Assembly (NCBI GenBank): GCA_028534125.1
Contig: CM052843.1
Location: 3,286,001 to 3,350,000, forward strand
From: Lama glama
Taxonomy: Eukaryota
Direction of reading: 5' to 3'
DNA: 64,000 nucleotides
Below are positions 38,178 to 51,455 of the stretch, in pieces. The position numbers and the translations under genes were made by a program. Each line of letters begins with the position of its first letter. The first letter of the stretch is position 1. The notes below the pieces were generated by a model. It ran no database searches. It saw only the letters and a program-made list of their open reading frames with translations, and was not told where the DNA came from.

Positions 38178-40849
38178 TAATTCTCATTAATTTATGTTAC
38201 TCTTCCATTTTAACCTCCACCTTGACATTTAAATAACAAAAACTAAAGAAATACATGTAATTTGCATAGAACCGAATTTTTCAATCGTTTTTATATACAC
38301 TGTTTCAACAACAAGAAACCTGAGAATCTGACAAATTACATTACATTCTCAAGGCCCTGTAGTGATTTTGCGTAAGGCAGTCATCTGAACAGGGGGAGTT
38401 CAGGTCTTCTGCCTACAAACTCTATCCTCTTTATGGCGCCAGGCAGCTTCATTAGAAGTAAAAATGTGATTGTCAGTTTTAGGTCTTTCTCTTATTATGA
38501 ATTAAGGAACCATAGATTTTTTAATTCAGGTACATCCAGAAAAAAAAAAAACCAGTTTTTAATTCCGTCACATCCTAAAAAAAACAAGGATCACTGGTTT
38601 CTGTAATATGGATTTTTCAGAAATCTATCAGTATCACTACAATTTGTCTGTCCCTTTCCTCTCACTCACATGTTTTAAGCTAGTTTAATATGCAAAAGTT
38701 AATTTGACAGCCTTGTAAATAGTTTTCGAAAGCCAGACTTTAAAGGATTTTGCTAAAAGAAATTGAAGAAATTAGTGTAATTCTCCATTTATATATGTAA
38801 ATATAATTTGGCAGTTATCACTCTTATGGATGGAATGTCCTAGAAAAAGCAATTATATATATGTGCATGCATATGTATTCATAATGCCTATGCATATATA
38901 CATCAATACCAATTATTTGTATATACTTTCAGAAAGAGAAAATGAAATGGAGAATAAAGTGTATTATTTTATTCAATAACTATTCATTAAAGTTACTAAT
39001 TAAGCCGTATAATTAAGAGTCATGTGAGCGAAGCAGGGACTGGCTGAGCAGGGGATGGACAGAACGATGCTGAGTGGTCTGACGTACACTCGACCCCTCC
39101 GTACCCTGCAGGACCCACTCAATCTTGGCCCGCCCCGACGTCCCAGGGGTCAGGTATGCACAGGTGCACTGCAGCCACATCCCGCAAATGAAATACGGAC
39201 AGCAGCAGCTTAAGAGTATGAAGAGTCCAGGAGGCGGGCGAACTCTGAAGCCAGGTGCTTATCCGGTCCATTTTTTATGGAATTCCAGAGGGGGAGGACA
39301 ACAGCATCTCCCTACAGACCCAGCAACCAGGCTACTCATTAAACACCTGCTGTGTGCATCCAAGCATCTAGCATTTCACTAGCAGCTGCACATACACCAT
39401 TTCATTTAATCCTTAAGATAAACATACAAAGTATGTATCATTATACTTCGTTCTGTGGATTAGACTAGTGAATGCTAGAAAAGTTAAGTAATGCAGAGAG
39501 GCAACAGAGTCAGGTTTAGAGTGGGATGCCTGACTCACAGCTGTGGTTTATGTTCGTCTGATTGCTTTTTTTCGCCCTGAGTCTGCCTCCTTGGTTTCAC
39601 AGAGTTTACAACTAGTGGAGGAAAAAGAATATGTAAACAAGTCGTTATAATGCATAAGTACATCAATTATGTAAAACAATGGAGCAGTAAGTGAAATGTG
39701 CCTATCACATGATACTGAAGTTAATTTTTGGTCTTCCCCTCCAGATTGTAAGACCCTGCCAATGAAAGATGCTGTCTACTTTGTTTATGGAATATTACTT
39801 TCTTGGAGGTCACATCTATTTCATCTATGGAATATTAGTTTGGCAGTAACTGAAATTATGTCAACTATGTGGGTAAAGACAAAAGCAAAATTAGGTTTCG
39901 TGTGGTTAGGTGACAGATCATGAAAATATTCATGAAAACATGGGGGCCCTGAACTATGACTGGAAGGATACTTTGGCTGTCAGAAAGCCAAAAAGGTCTT
40001 CCAAGTTAAGGAAGCAGAAAATCTTAAGGAGCTTGAAAAAGTATATGAACACCTTGGCTTCTCTTAGACCCTGAAGTGGAGGCCGGAATTTGTTCCCTTG
40101 TTTCATTAACTCAAGAATATTCTAGAACTAAGTAGCATTTCTAAAGGTGTAATTCATAGTCAACTATGAAATATACAAAAAACAAAAAGTAAAATGCAAA
40201 AAGCAAATGTAATATTGGTGACACACATTCCACAAATATTTTAGAGTATTATATTGTGCAATGCAAAAATAACTTGAGGGACAAATTTGGAATGCACAAT
40301 GCAGAGATCAGATGTCCATAAAAATGGCTATAAAATTAAGCAGAAGGCTTAGGTGTCACAATAGGAAGAGAAACGACTGATTTGGCTTTAGCAGCCAGAC
40401 TTTGCCCTTACAGCCCAAAAGGGTCCAAACTTGTTTCATCAGAATAACATTACCTGAGTTCGACCTTGAAAGACAGGTGAAATTATTAATAATGTTTATT
40501 TGTATATCAGACAGTGCATTGATAACACATTTCTTGAGATAAAAGAGCTTTCAGATGGAGGTAGATGAGCATGGGTTTGGAAGCATTAAATAAGTGTTCA
40601 GTTAAACTAGAGAAGGGTGGTGGTGGAGAGGGGGACTGGATGCAGAAGGACCAGATCAGGCATATCTGGAGAACAACACTGAAGAGTCTGGTTTCTTACT
40701 TGGTAAATGATAGTAGTTTTGAGTTTTGAGTGAGGAATTGACGAAGCATTTGGTTTCAAATAATCCTGCATTTGGGCACGTAACTAATGAGATTGAGGGA
40801 GAGCAGAGTCAAGAAAACTAGTTTTAAGAGACTATTAAGAGTAGACAAG

Positions 40850-40903
40850 AATTTGACACAACATTGTAAAATGATTATAAATCAATAAAAAAGGTTAAAA
40901 AAA
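40850..40903 (+). mobile_element. 54-bp L1 terminal fragment with 14-bp TSD
   Basis: atttgacacaacattgtaaaatgattataaatcaataaaaa; TSD taagagtag(a/g)caag at 40836-40849 and 40904-40917. Confidence 0.88.
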
Positions 40904-40994
40904 TAAGAGTAGGCAAGGATTTAACGTCTATGTGCCGTCAAAAAAAAAAAAAAAAGAATGCTAAGATGTGAAATAAGGTCTCTGCATTTCTATA

Positions 40995-41520
40995 TTTTAA
41001 AACAGTTTTATCAAGATATGATTGACATACAATTCACCCACTTAAAGTGTACAATTCAATGTGGCTTATTTTTAGCATATTTACAATATTGCTCAACCAT
41101 CACCACAATCTAACTTTGGAATATTTCATCCTAAGGGAAATCCCATATTCATTAGCAGTCAGCCCCCATTCTCCTCTCTCCTCCTCCCCTCAGTTCTAAG
41201 CAACCACTAGTCTATTTTCCATCTCTACAAATTTGTCTATTCTGGATATTTCATATGAATGGAATCACGCAATATGTGGACTTTTGTGACTGACTTTCAT
41301 CACTTAGCTTGTATCAGTACTTAATTTCACTTTATTGATGAATACTATTGCATGTTATGGAATATTCACATTTTATTTATCATTTCATCAGTTGATGGAC
41401 ATTTAGGTTATTTGAACTTGCTGGTAACTAAAAGTAATGCTGCTTTGAACATCTGTATACAAGTGCCCGTGGGAATGTATGTTTTAATTTTTCTTGAGTA
41501 AATACTCTGGAGTGGAGTCA
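40995..41520 (-). mobile_element. Old L1M 3' end
   Basis: aattcacccacttaaagtgtacaattcaat...caagcaaccactagtct...tctggatatttcatatgaatggaatc. Confidence 0.9.
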
Positions 41521-42309
41521 CGGCAAAAAAATAAAAATACATAGAGTGGTCAAGGATCTGCTGATTAGGACCAGATTGAGGAAAAGAGCAGACGAGGAAG
41601 AGGCAGAAGTGAGAAATGTCAGGGTTTATCGACGGGGCTTAATGCTCACCAGCTTTTATAATCCCACAGTGGAGTGATTAGATCTTTTCTGGAACTGCTG
41701 GTGGAGCACAAAGTAAAACATAAATTCTACAGCAGAACCGAGAAAACCATCTCCAGTGCTCGCAAGCTATGTTGATATAAAGATGTTGTTGAACATCTCA
41801 TTTGCCTTCTTTTCCTTCGATATTCTAAAATCTGGTTCTATTAATGAGCCACATTAAAGCCTAGTGAAGACCCAGGCACAGATGCTCACAAATGTATTTA
41901 TTTCTTACAAAGACATTGTGATCGTTTTGGTGGAGTTGCTGTGTGTCTTAAGCATTCGGTGGTGGTTTTAGCAGAGATTTATTATTCTCTTTATGCAAAG
42001 TGCTCAGCAGCCTCCAGAGAGTGAAGCCACGTGTGTCTGAGAAGCTCAGTGTGTTTACCAGAATGAGCTGAACGGGCCTGCACCTCATTCTCTTCAATTA
42101 GTTACTTATCTAAGAAAAAATATGCAGGAATTTGGCCATTAAAATGAAAAGAGCTGAAGGAGAGGCCAAGACCTCCACATTCTGTTTAGGTTTTACGTGC
42201 ACATAACCCTGTGCTGTGGGATAATTCTGTACCACTCTTCAAATCTTATATATTAAAGCTCTGCCCGAAGACCTTCCAGAATAAAACTGGATTCAGACAT
42301 TATTGTTAT

Positions 42310-42820
42310 TATTATTATTGCTATTCTGCTTTGTTATTAAGATTTTGTTGTTAAGACATTCATAGTGGGACTCTTGCTCTGAAAGCTTTACATGTGTTAA
42401 CTCATCGAATCCTTGCAAAACCTTTATGGAGTGTATCCCACAGATGGGGTAAGATTATCATTCCCATTTGATAGATGAGGAAACTGAGGCACAACAAAGT
42501 ATCTTGTCCCTAAATACATAGCTAGTGATTGGCAGAGCTATTACACACAGCAATTTCACATCGCAGACTCTTAACCACATCACTGTCACCACTACTACTG
42601 TTTAACCTCACTGAAAGTGCATTATTTGACAAGACTTGCCCAAGAACTTGATAGGCGTAAGCAATTTAATTCCCATGACTATTGGATACATAGTACTATT
42701 ATTTCCATTGCACAGATAGAAAGGGGAAGCAATAGGGGTTAAAGGACTTCTCAAGGCCACAGTGTTCCTACGCTGTGGAACACGAATTCCAGCCCAATCT
42801 GACACGCTCCTCCCCACCCA
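42310..42820 (-). mobile_element. Two tandem MIR elements
   Basis: cccatttgatagatgaggaaactgaggcac; ccattgcacagatagaaagg...aaggccacag. Confidence 0.8.
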
Positions 42821-44057
42821 GGTGCTGTCTCCTGGAAAGAAGGGGTCTCTCTTGTTCTCCTTACAAATCCTCCTGTCCTTCTAAACTCAATTCAATATCC
42901 TCTATGAAGCTTTCCCTAACCTCTCTGACCAAAAGTAATTTCTTTCCTTAAGACCTAAAAGCAGAATACATACTTTGGCCAAGATAACGGGATGTTGGGG
43001 GCTGTTTAGTGATACTTTTCTGGATATTAACACTGTTCCTCTGATTGATGCTTTATTTCTATACTAAAATCTTGTGTGTTTTAGGGGAGGAAAAACCAAC
43101 ACAACAACAATTCCTTAGAGTTGGGGATAAGTTCTCAATGACGACTATTTATGTGTAATTGCACTGTCTTTAACTGTCTATCAGGTGCTTCCGAGATTTC
43201 ACCTTTGTTCTGTCACCTACCCTGTCACTACAGGTGCACTGACGGGACCCCAAAGGCATCAAGACTTATCAGGATTAGACATTAGGATTTAGATTAATTA
43301 TTTAAAGAAACTGATTTAATATCTTTTTTTTTTTCAGAGGGCACTGATTTTTCCACTAAGAAACTCAGCTAAAGCTCATAGGTTTTCACGTCTTCTCTTT
43401 TGTAAAGGCTTCTTAGCAACATCCCATCTTCTATATCTTATGATTCCACGACGTGGGAAAGAACAAGTTGATTATAGTTTTAGTTCAAGTTGATTCAAAA
43501 AGGGAAAGAAATACCTAATGGTAATCCAATTTTTCAAAAGAACAATTCATTTTAAACACTTATCTGTATTCAACTTGGGCAAATTATAGTGTTACTATAT
43601 TTTTTCTTTCTATGGTTTTTCTTCTTAGTGGAATTCAGTACTATTAAAAATTCTAAAGTAAGAAATGACAAACTGTTCAAGCTATAACATTAATTTCTTC
43701 CTCCTGAACTTGCCAAGTCATTAAATATTGGGAAACAACTATTAATAAAAGAGCAAAATATATACGTCAGTAAATGTTCATTCACTTAAGCCAGTATTAA
43801 CACAGTCTATTTCCCACTTCACTCAAATTTTTCATGTGTGATTTGAATTTGAAAATTATTGTTATTCCTGAACAGTAGGTTGATTATAAAAGTACTATTA
43901 CATAATGAATATTGATATATACACATTAACATTTGAATATTAAGATATTTGCTTCAAAATAACCTCTGGAAACTACTCTTCTCTGCAACACTGGGGTATT
44001 TGGCAATCAAGTGGCTGAGGTGTACAAAGCGGCACTTGCCCAAGAGTGGCCACCAAC

Positions 44058-44315
44058 CAGTGGTTTTAAATCAAGGTGGCACCACATCTCCTTAAGGAAG
44101 ATTTAGAAATGTGTACGTGTATGTACAGTTGTTACAAAAACTGAGGCATTTAAGGTTTGAGGGTCAGGGATGCTAAATGTTCTGCGAAAGCTTAGAATAC
44201 TCTTACAGAATGTAGACCTACCAAAACATCAATAATGACATATAATTGATATAATAAATTGATATAATTAATATAATAAATTAATATAAATAGTACAATA
44301 ATTGATAAACATTAT
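44058..44315. mobile_element. MER20-related hAT element
   Basis: cagtggttttaaatc...gggtcagggatgctaaatgttctgc. Confidence 0.55.
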
Positions 44316-44954
44316 TTCAAAAGTGACTACAGGGCAAACCTACAGATCCTTAAAATATTTCCATTTGAAATTAACTTAATGCTAACAAAGTCTTCTGTAA
44401 ACCTAGCAGGAAATTCAATGTTACATTTTCCACAGCAAGAACCAAATTCAAGAATTTTCTTTGCTTTTGACAATAGTCTGAGAGCAAGTAAGACTCTGTT
44501 TAAAAATTGCTGCAGAAAGTCATTTTCTTTTATTCCTAAGACTCAGAAAGGGAATTCATATTTTTTGTCCACAGAATAATTAGATAAATAGATAAGTAAG
44601 TACACAGGGAACTATAAATCTATGAATTTGTCATTTTGGTTATATAATTAGCTAAGTCAAACTCTGAATGCACCAGACTTAGTTACCAGAAGCATCAATG
44701 CTTCACGTAACTTTTTTTGCATGTTCTCATATATTTCAACAGCATTTTTAGTATTTCTGATGATACTAAGGTACAAAGTCACACTCTACAGTAGACAGCA
44801 TTTAGGGATGAAAATGAAGAAACATGGGTCTAGTGTTGATGCCACCATTACTAACCATGTGACCTCTGTGCTTATTCGTCAATAAAATTGGAATAACAGC
44901 AATTGCCTAACTTGTCTTAATAGACTGGGATTCAGAGTAACTACAAAATCCCTG

Positions 44955-45360
44955 CAATGTCCTAACAGGCTGCCGTGGAATTCACCCTCCTACCTCTCTG
45001 ACCTTATTTCCAGTCATATTTCCCTTTCCTCGCTCTGCTGCTCTGGTTTTCTTGCTGTTCTTTGACTCTTAACAATGTAACATCTCTGCACTGACTGTTC
45101 CCTCTGCCCAGATGCTCTGCCTCCTACGGCTTCAAGTTCAATCTTGAGCTCCCTTAACTTCCATGGGGTCTCTGCTCAATGCCACCTTGTCAGAGAGGCA
45201 ATCATATACCAGCCTATGAAATACTCTGCTGCCAGCTTTCTCTCTCGCTTTATTCTACTCTGTGTATGACACAGTGATGATCTACTTTATGGGATCTCAG
45301 ATTTTACTTTGTTCGCTATTGTCTGTCTCTCTTCTGCAAGAATGTTATCTCAAGAAATGC
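44955..45360 (+). mobile_element. L2 3' region
   Basis: ctacctctctgaccttatttcc...gactgttccctctgcc...tctctgctcaatgccaccttgtcagagagg. Confidence 0.8.
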
Positions 45361-46034
45361 AAGAAATTTTGGTATCCTTTCCTTGGGAATAATATTCTAA
45401 TAGCAAATTAGAGTTTTTTTCTGAATCTTCCTACATAAAAGTTTAGCAATGTGCTTAGTTGGAAAGTTTATATCTCTACTTTTTGCTAATTAATGTGAAA
45501 TTACATAAATATTATTTTATTTTTATGGCATTACATATGTTTTCAGATGCATAACTCTCATTAGTTAGAATACTATGACAAGTTACACTTTTAATATATC
45601 TGCTATAATTATTTTAATTATCCCAATGCTCAAATATTCAAAACATGCACTAATTTTGTATCCTATTTCCGTGAAAAGATACTATAGGCACTCTCTTTTG
45701 AAGCGAAATTCTTCCTTCACCAAAGGCAACACATTATATTTCAGGACTTTTAACGTCACAGGCTAGGTGGGCCAAGGTCAAGTCTTTTGCTCTTATAAGA
45801 CAGTTTTCAAACGGGTCCGAGTTTTTGCCAGTCATGTTTGTGCCCACGTCTCCCGGGGCAGTGTAGTGTGGCGGAGAGCAGAGGCCGTTTCTTATCCATT
45901 TTATGTTTCCCTAATACCTTGTACACAGCAGGCGCTCCATAATTATTGACTAACGCATTGAATATAGACATTCGTGCGATGATAAGCACCCCCACCCGTC
46001 TTTAAAGGAGAACGAACTAAAGACGATTACTTAC

Positions 46035-46198
46035 ATTTCGAGCCGGATGAAGAAGACCCGCTGGCTGTGGACCTCGATCCCCCTTTCATGGAAAAGACTC
46101 CTTTCCCCCTGCGAGTTGTTGCTACGGCCACTCGGGGGCGCTTCAGCGGAATTACTGCGCGGGGAGGCGGAGGCACACGCCCGTGGTAATCAAAGAGC
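46035..46198 (-). CDS. RALYL: RALYL internal coding exon (164 nt; [54 protein letters not shown])
   Basis: tgtgaag|G CTC TTT GAT...TCG AAA T|gtaagt; open frame of 54 codons, CpG-rich, containing the hnRNP C/RALY-family PPPP and PLKRPR (NLS-like) segment. Confidence 0.97.
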
Positions 46199-49100
46199 CT
46201 TCACAAAACACACATGCGACTGAGTTGGTTTATGCCCAAGTGTTCTGTGCAATGTGTGAAATGATTAAGTGAATGGTCTTGTTAAAAAAAAAAAGGTCAA
46301 TAAATGCTTTTGTCACGGTTGCTGTTCTTACTCAGGAAGATTCCTTTTTCACTAAAGAAACAAGATGCTAGTGAAATCTATGCTTGCTGGACATTGGGAT
46401 CCGACCCTCCAACAGGTTTCATATCTTTAAGATATGAAAGGACAGAGAGTTTTGCTCCAGTAGTACCATGCCATTTGTTGAAATCACGCTGACCTTCACT
46501 CCCAAGTACGTTTCTTTGCTTGATTGAACAGATTTACCCTTGTTAGAAATCTTCCTTTTTACACATCAGACACTTCTTGGCACATTAATTTGAAACCAAG
46601 AAAAGATCGCGTAGAATCAGGAACAAAGCAAAGAAAGCCACTGTGTGATCAGAAAACAGCTCAGAAGGAAAAAAAAATTAGATGTAGGACTCACTTAAAG
46701 AGAACAGCTATGAGGGACAAGCTCTGTCTCTGAGAGCTCTAAGTAATGAAAGGCTCTTCTGACTGCAGAGAAAAAACGAGGCTGAGTTTGAATGAAAGGG
46801 CCCTCGCACGAGCGGAAAACTTTGCTGACTAAAGTACTAGTGGGGAAATATTTATCAGGATAACTTTTTATTATTCTGACCATTTGATAGACATGCAAAT
46901 TGAGACTGCAGGTATTTGTCATTAGCTGTTAAAAATTCCTCTAACAAAAAACAGTGCCAATGAAACTCTTTGAAAGCTTCTGTGAAAAATGATGTTCACC
47001 ACAATCAACGCATTTCCCTTCAACAATGAAAGGAATAAAAGTGTAAGACTATTTGCTCATTTATATAAATATATAATTAATAGATTCAAAGTTTCATATT
47101 ATACCGCACACACACACGATACATTTCTGTATGACTCAGCACATGCAAGCAGCATAAAAGGGTCAGAGAAAAATATGATATATATACTCATTTATTTTTA
47201 AAGCTGTTTGTCAGTGAAGCAGAGATCTATTCTCGTTACCACCCACTGTAAAGAAAATAGCATTAGTGACTTAGATTGATGATTGTTACATATTTTACTG
47301 TGCCATGATTATATGGGTTATATTTTCATAACTGCTTTAAAACAGTCAATAAAAATAATCTAATATGGAAGCTAGAAATGAGAAAATTAGAACAGAGAGG
47401 AAATATTTGAAGCCTTCTATAATAGGTTATGTCCTAAAATTCCATCTCATTTACACATACAGGTGAAAATGTGATAATCCTTTTTTGGGGGGAAAACAAT
47501 ATATGAAATATAATTACAATTAAGAGACACTGGCTTCCAAATATTCACTCAGAAACATTTAAAACTATGACACAATGGGGGAAAAAGTTGCATAGAGACC
47601 ACACTTGAAGCAGAACTTGGTCTAGGAAGGTCTTCCCCATTAGAGAGGTAAAGTGTCCAAAAACGATTTGGAAACATGCTGGGGAAATACTAAGAGGTGT
47701 CTGGAAAGGAAAAGAAATGAGACGAGACAGAGTTCAAGAGAGGTGCCTTCCTCTGTGAATAACAGAGTCCATCAGAGCCAAGGAACTGCCGGCGAAGAAC
47801 AGGTCGTGGATGTCAACACATTGTAATTTACTCCAAACAGCGTAGGGAGGGTGAGGCTGCAAGGGGTCACGAAGCCCATCCTTACCACCAGGGCCTCGAA
47901 GATCAGAAGGGTCAACTAAGCCTGCCCCTCATCTCAATCACAAAACAAGGTCCACATTACTTATTTATAAGTTGAATTCACAGAGCACCTTAAGTCAGTG
48001 AACCAAAATATGAAGGCGCATTTCATGAGCTATATACAACACCCAGAGCTACCGAAGGAAAAGAAATGGGGCAACTGACTGAGCTTTTCCAGGGTAGAAA
48101 TTGCTCCTTGAGAAGAAAGGCAGGCTCCTTTGGAGGAACCGTCTCCGCAGGACTTGAAAATAGCAATTTAGCAGGTTCATTAAATAAGGTAATCTATACT
48201 TTGGGTTATGAAAAAATATGCAATGTAAGAATGCTACACTGGAAATTCAGGCCAAGGAAAGCTACTGTAATTCACTGCTACTTCAGTTAACAATGCAATT
48301 CGATATTTTATAGGGAATTGAAATGTTTATCAATATTTCTATTGCTTCCCCCAGCCAAAGATTACAAAGCTTCCAGTGTTGGTCAGGCCAGATACCATGT
48401 TGAGAAAAAGAGAGCTTTCAGAATGGGATGTATATTTTAGGAACAAACTCAGTATGTATTGTGTCCTTTGTTATAAATCACTGTAGGGAGTGGCCCTTGT
48501 TCGCTGAATATTTTGATGTGATGCTTCAAAGAAAGATGACTTCTTTCTCACCTGGAATCAGGGAAGGTTTTGCCAATTCTTTCTGCCCTCCTGCTGGGAA
48601 GATATGCAGCATCAGAACTTAACTTTTAAAAAGTGATATGTAATCCATAAACAAAGCTAAAATGGGCACTTCACATGAGAACAGAATTTTTAATTTTAAT
48701 GGAGTTGGGGTGTTTGTTAATTTTCATTGGGCAAAGTTGAGCTTACCAGAAATACAGTGAAGACTGGGTATTGCCCTAAAGCATAAAAATACAACATGAT
48801 GAGGATGGGAATTTGGGGGGCAGTTTTTGGGGAATTGCAAGATGAGATGTAGGGGTTCCTTTAAATGCAGAGGGAAGTAGGTGAAAGGCAGTCTGTGATG
48901 GAGACACAAGTGTTGGCTTTCTCATCAGAACCCCATCTATAGCAACTCAGAGAAAATGGTCCAACAAAGATTGCCACTCAACAGAATTAAATGGAATCCA
49001 AATCTTGAAGGTCAGTCAAAAGCTTAAAGTGTCTTCCTTCCTCTCGTTTTTTTTTGTTGTTGTTGTTCTTTCCGCTCTCAGAATTATATTTACTTTCCTT

Positions 49101-51289
49101 CTCTTTGATGATTCTTCATTTTCCCTAATACTGTTAGTCAGAATACTGTGTTCCTGTAATATTTACTTGTCAAATAGATAATGATTTATAATGAAGCCAG
49201 ACACCTAATTCTCTCTTCCCCAAGGTCTATTTTAAAATAAACATTCTAAAAGACCTACTCTCAAGCAGTAAATAAAATAGATGTAGTCAGATTTTAATAA
49301 AAGCAACCCATTGAGGAAATTTGAGGGTTTCTACTTTTCATGTGCCCATTTCTTGTTTGGAATTCTGTTTGCTTTATAATTAAATGTCTGAGACATGTAA
49401 TTTCATTATCAAGCAAAAGCTAAAAAGCGGTAAACAATTTAATATTAATTTACTTGCTAAAAAACCAGATACACCTTGTCTCTAGGAAGAATAAAGATAT
49501 TTAGCTTTTAAAACTATTTTAAATATAGCTGCTTTTTGGATACAGGCAATTTAACGGCATATTGACATATAAAATGAATATAATTTTGAATTCTTGTTTT
49601 TACTAAAAGCTTGTTATTATTAAACTTTAACAATAATAAAGCAACATTTAAAGAAATACACGAAAAAACACAACTCCCAAACTCTCACCCTAAAACAATT
49701 ACTGTCATTCTCTAATCCTTTCTTCCTACAAGCATGCATATTTTTCGCATAATTGAATTCATAATATATGTACAGTCATGTATCCTAGCTAATTCTCTTT
49801 GATTTACATTAAAAACATTTCTGAAGTTTGCTAAATGGCCTTCCTAATGTTTATTTTAATTGCTCTGGTGCATTTTCTCCAGTAGAAACACCACAGTCTA
49901 ATAAATCATTACCTGATTGTTGGGTTTTGATTCTGAAGTCTATGTTTCACTGTCAACTAATGTGATTTTAAAATTCATGAAAAAAAATTCGGAAAATGTA
50001 ATATTTGCATGTAATTTTGTCAGTGAACACTAAATTTCCCTTTATGTAAACAGCAATTTAAGAATTGGTAAGTGCTTGTTTTCTCCTAAATTTCCCTCAT
50101 AAAAAGAATTCTTCATTTTCCCTACTTATGAACCCAAACTTACAGTCTCTATGTGGTTAAATGGTAACAAAAATATGTGGTCTGGACTTGGGGCTAAACA
50201 AGTGGCCTGCTCAGAGCCCAGATCTGACAACCAACACAAGGCCATGTTCTCATTCGGGCCTTTTAACAGATAAATAAGAATCCATGTGTCTCATTCAACC
50301 TTGCACCCTTCTCCTTAATATGCTTGACTTCACATAAACGTGGTCTAAAAAACCCCACAGAGGTACCTATTCATTTTTAAGAAACGATATATTTGAAATC
50401 CACATGAATGATTCTTAAAGCCTCCTAGAATGTCTGTTTTCTGTACTGTCCGAACTACTTAAAATTCATACAATCTGTTTATAATTTCCACCTTGACTTC
50501 AAATAAGCTTTTGGTTACAACCGAACCAGAAGGTAATTTTTAAAGGCACACTTCAGTAGAGACCAGCAAATGAATAATTCTTATTTCTGTTTTTTGTCAT
50601 TAAACTTTCCCAAGATTTTCAGTGAAGCAGCCCCTGTCCTGGATCCTGTACAAATGCTTCTTGCACACGCTTTGAAAGGCAAGCTGATTGAAATCCTCAG
50701 TGATCTTTTTGGCAACATTTTCCCCTTAATCTAATCTTTATATTTTGCACAACTTTGCTATCTGCTCTATCTTGTATCCAGCTTCGGGTAATTAAAAACT
50801 AAATGCATTCAAATAGCAATTGGGAGATTATACATCCATCAAATAATTCTCCAATTAATTCTTGTAATTCTGTAACGTGTATGTTGTTAAGCCATTTTGT
50901 CCATGAAGGAAACTTGGGAAAAAGAGAGGCGATGACTTGCCCAAGTTTAACCAGCCAACACACGCATATCGTGGCCTGAAACTCATCTCCTAACTCCAAA
51001 CCACATCCTCTATCAACAATGCCATGCTATGGTTTCCAAATGTTTAAAGTAGAATCCTGTTCTACCAGATGGTATTTTAAATCTGCACAATGAAACCAGC
51101 GTTGCTTCTTGCTAATATGTTTTTCCAATATTCATGAATATCGACTGTGCTCTCCAATCAATGATCTGAAACAAGTGCAACTTGACTTGGGAGTTTTTTT
51201 CACTAACTGCGACTCTGGTAGCTTCTTTTATGTTAATTTATGCAAGGTCAAAATGGATTCAGAACGTGAGCGATGCTCATTTGAATCTC

Positions 51290-51455
51290 ATATATATATA
51301 TGCTTTATATATATAAGCACTTTATATATGCTTTATATATATAAGTATATTATGTAAATATATCAATGTAAAAAATATATAATATTATATATAAGACATA
51401 TAAGCACTTTATATATACGCTTTATGTATATATGTATGCTTTACATATATAAGCA
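51290..51455. repeat. TA-rich degenerate tandem repeat
   Basis: Recurrent tataagcactttatatat(g/ac)gcttta units. Confidence 0.8.

Noticed and set aside
46035-46065. Ser-rich stretch two residues longer than the recalled human exon
   Set aside because: An in-frame, low-complexity indel that is likely shared with other mammals; not distinctive.
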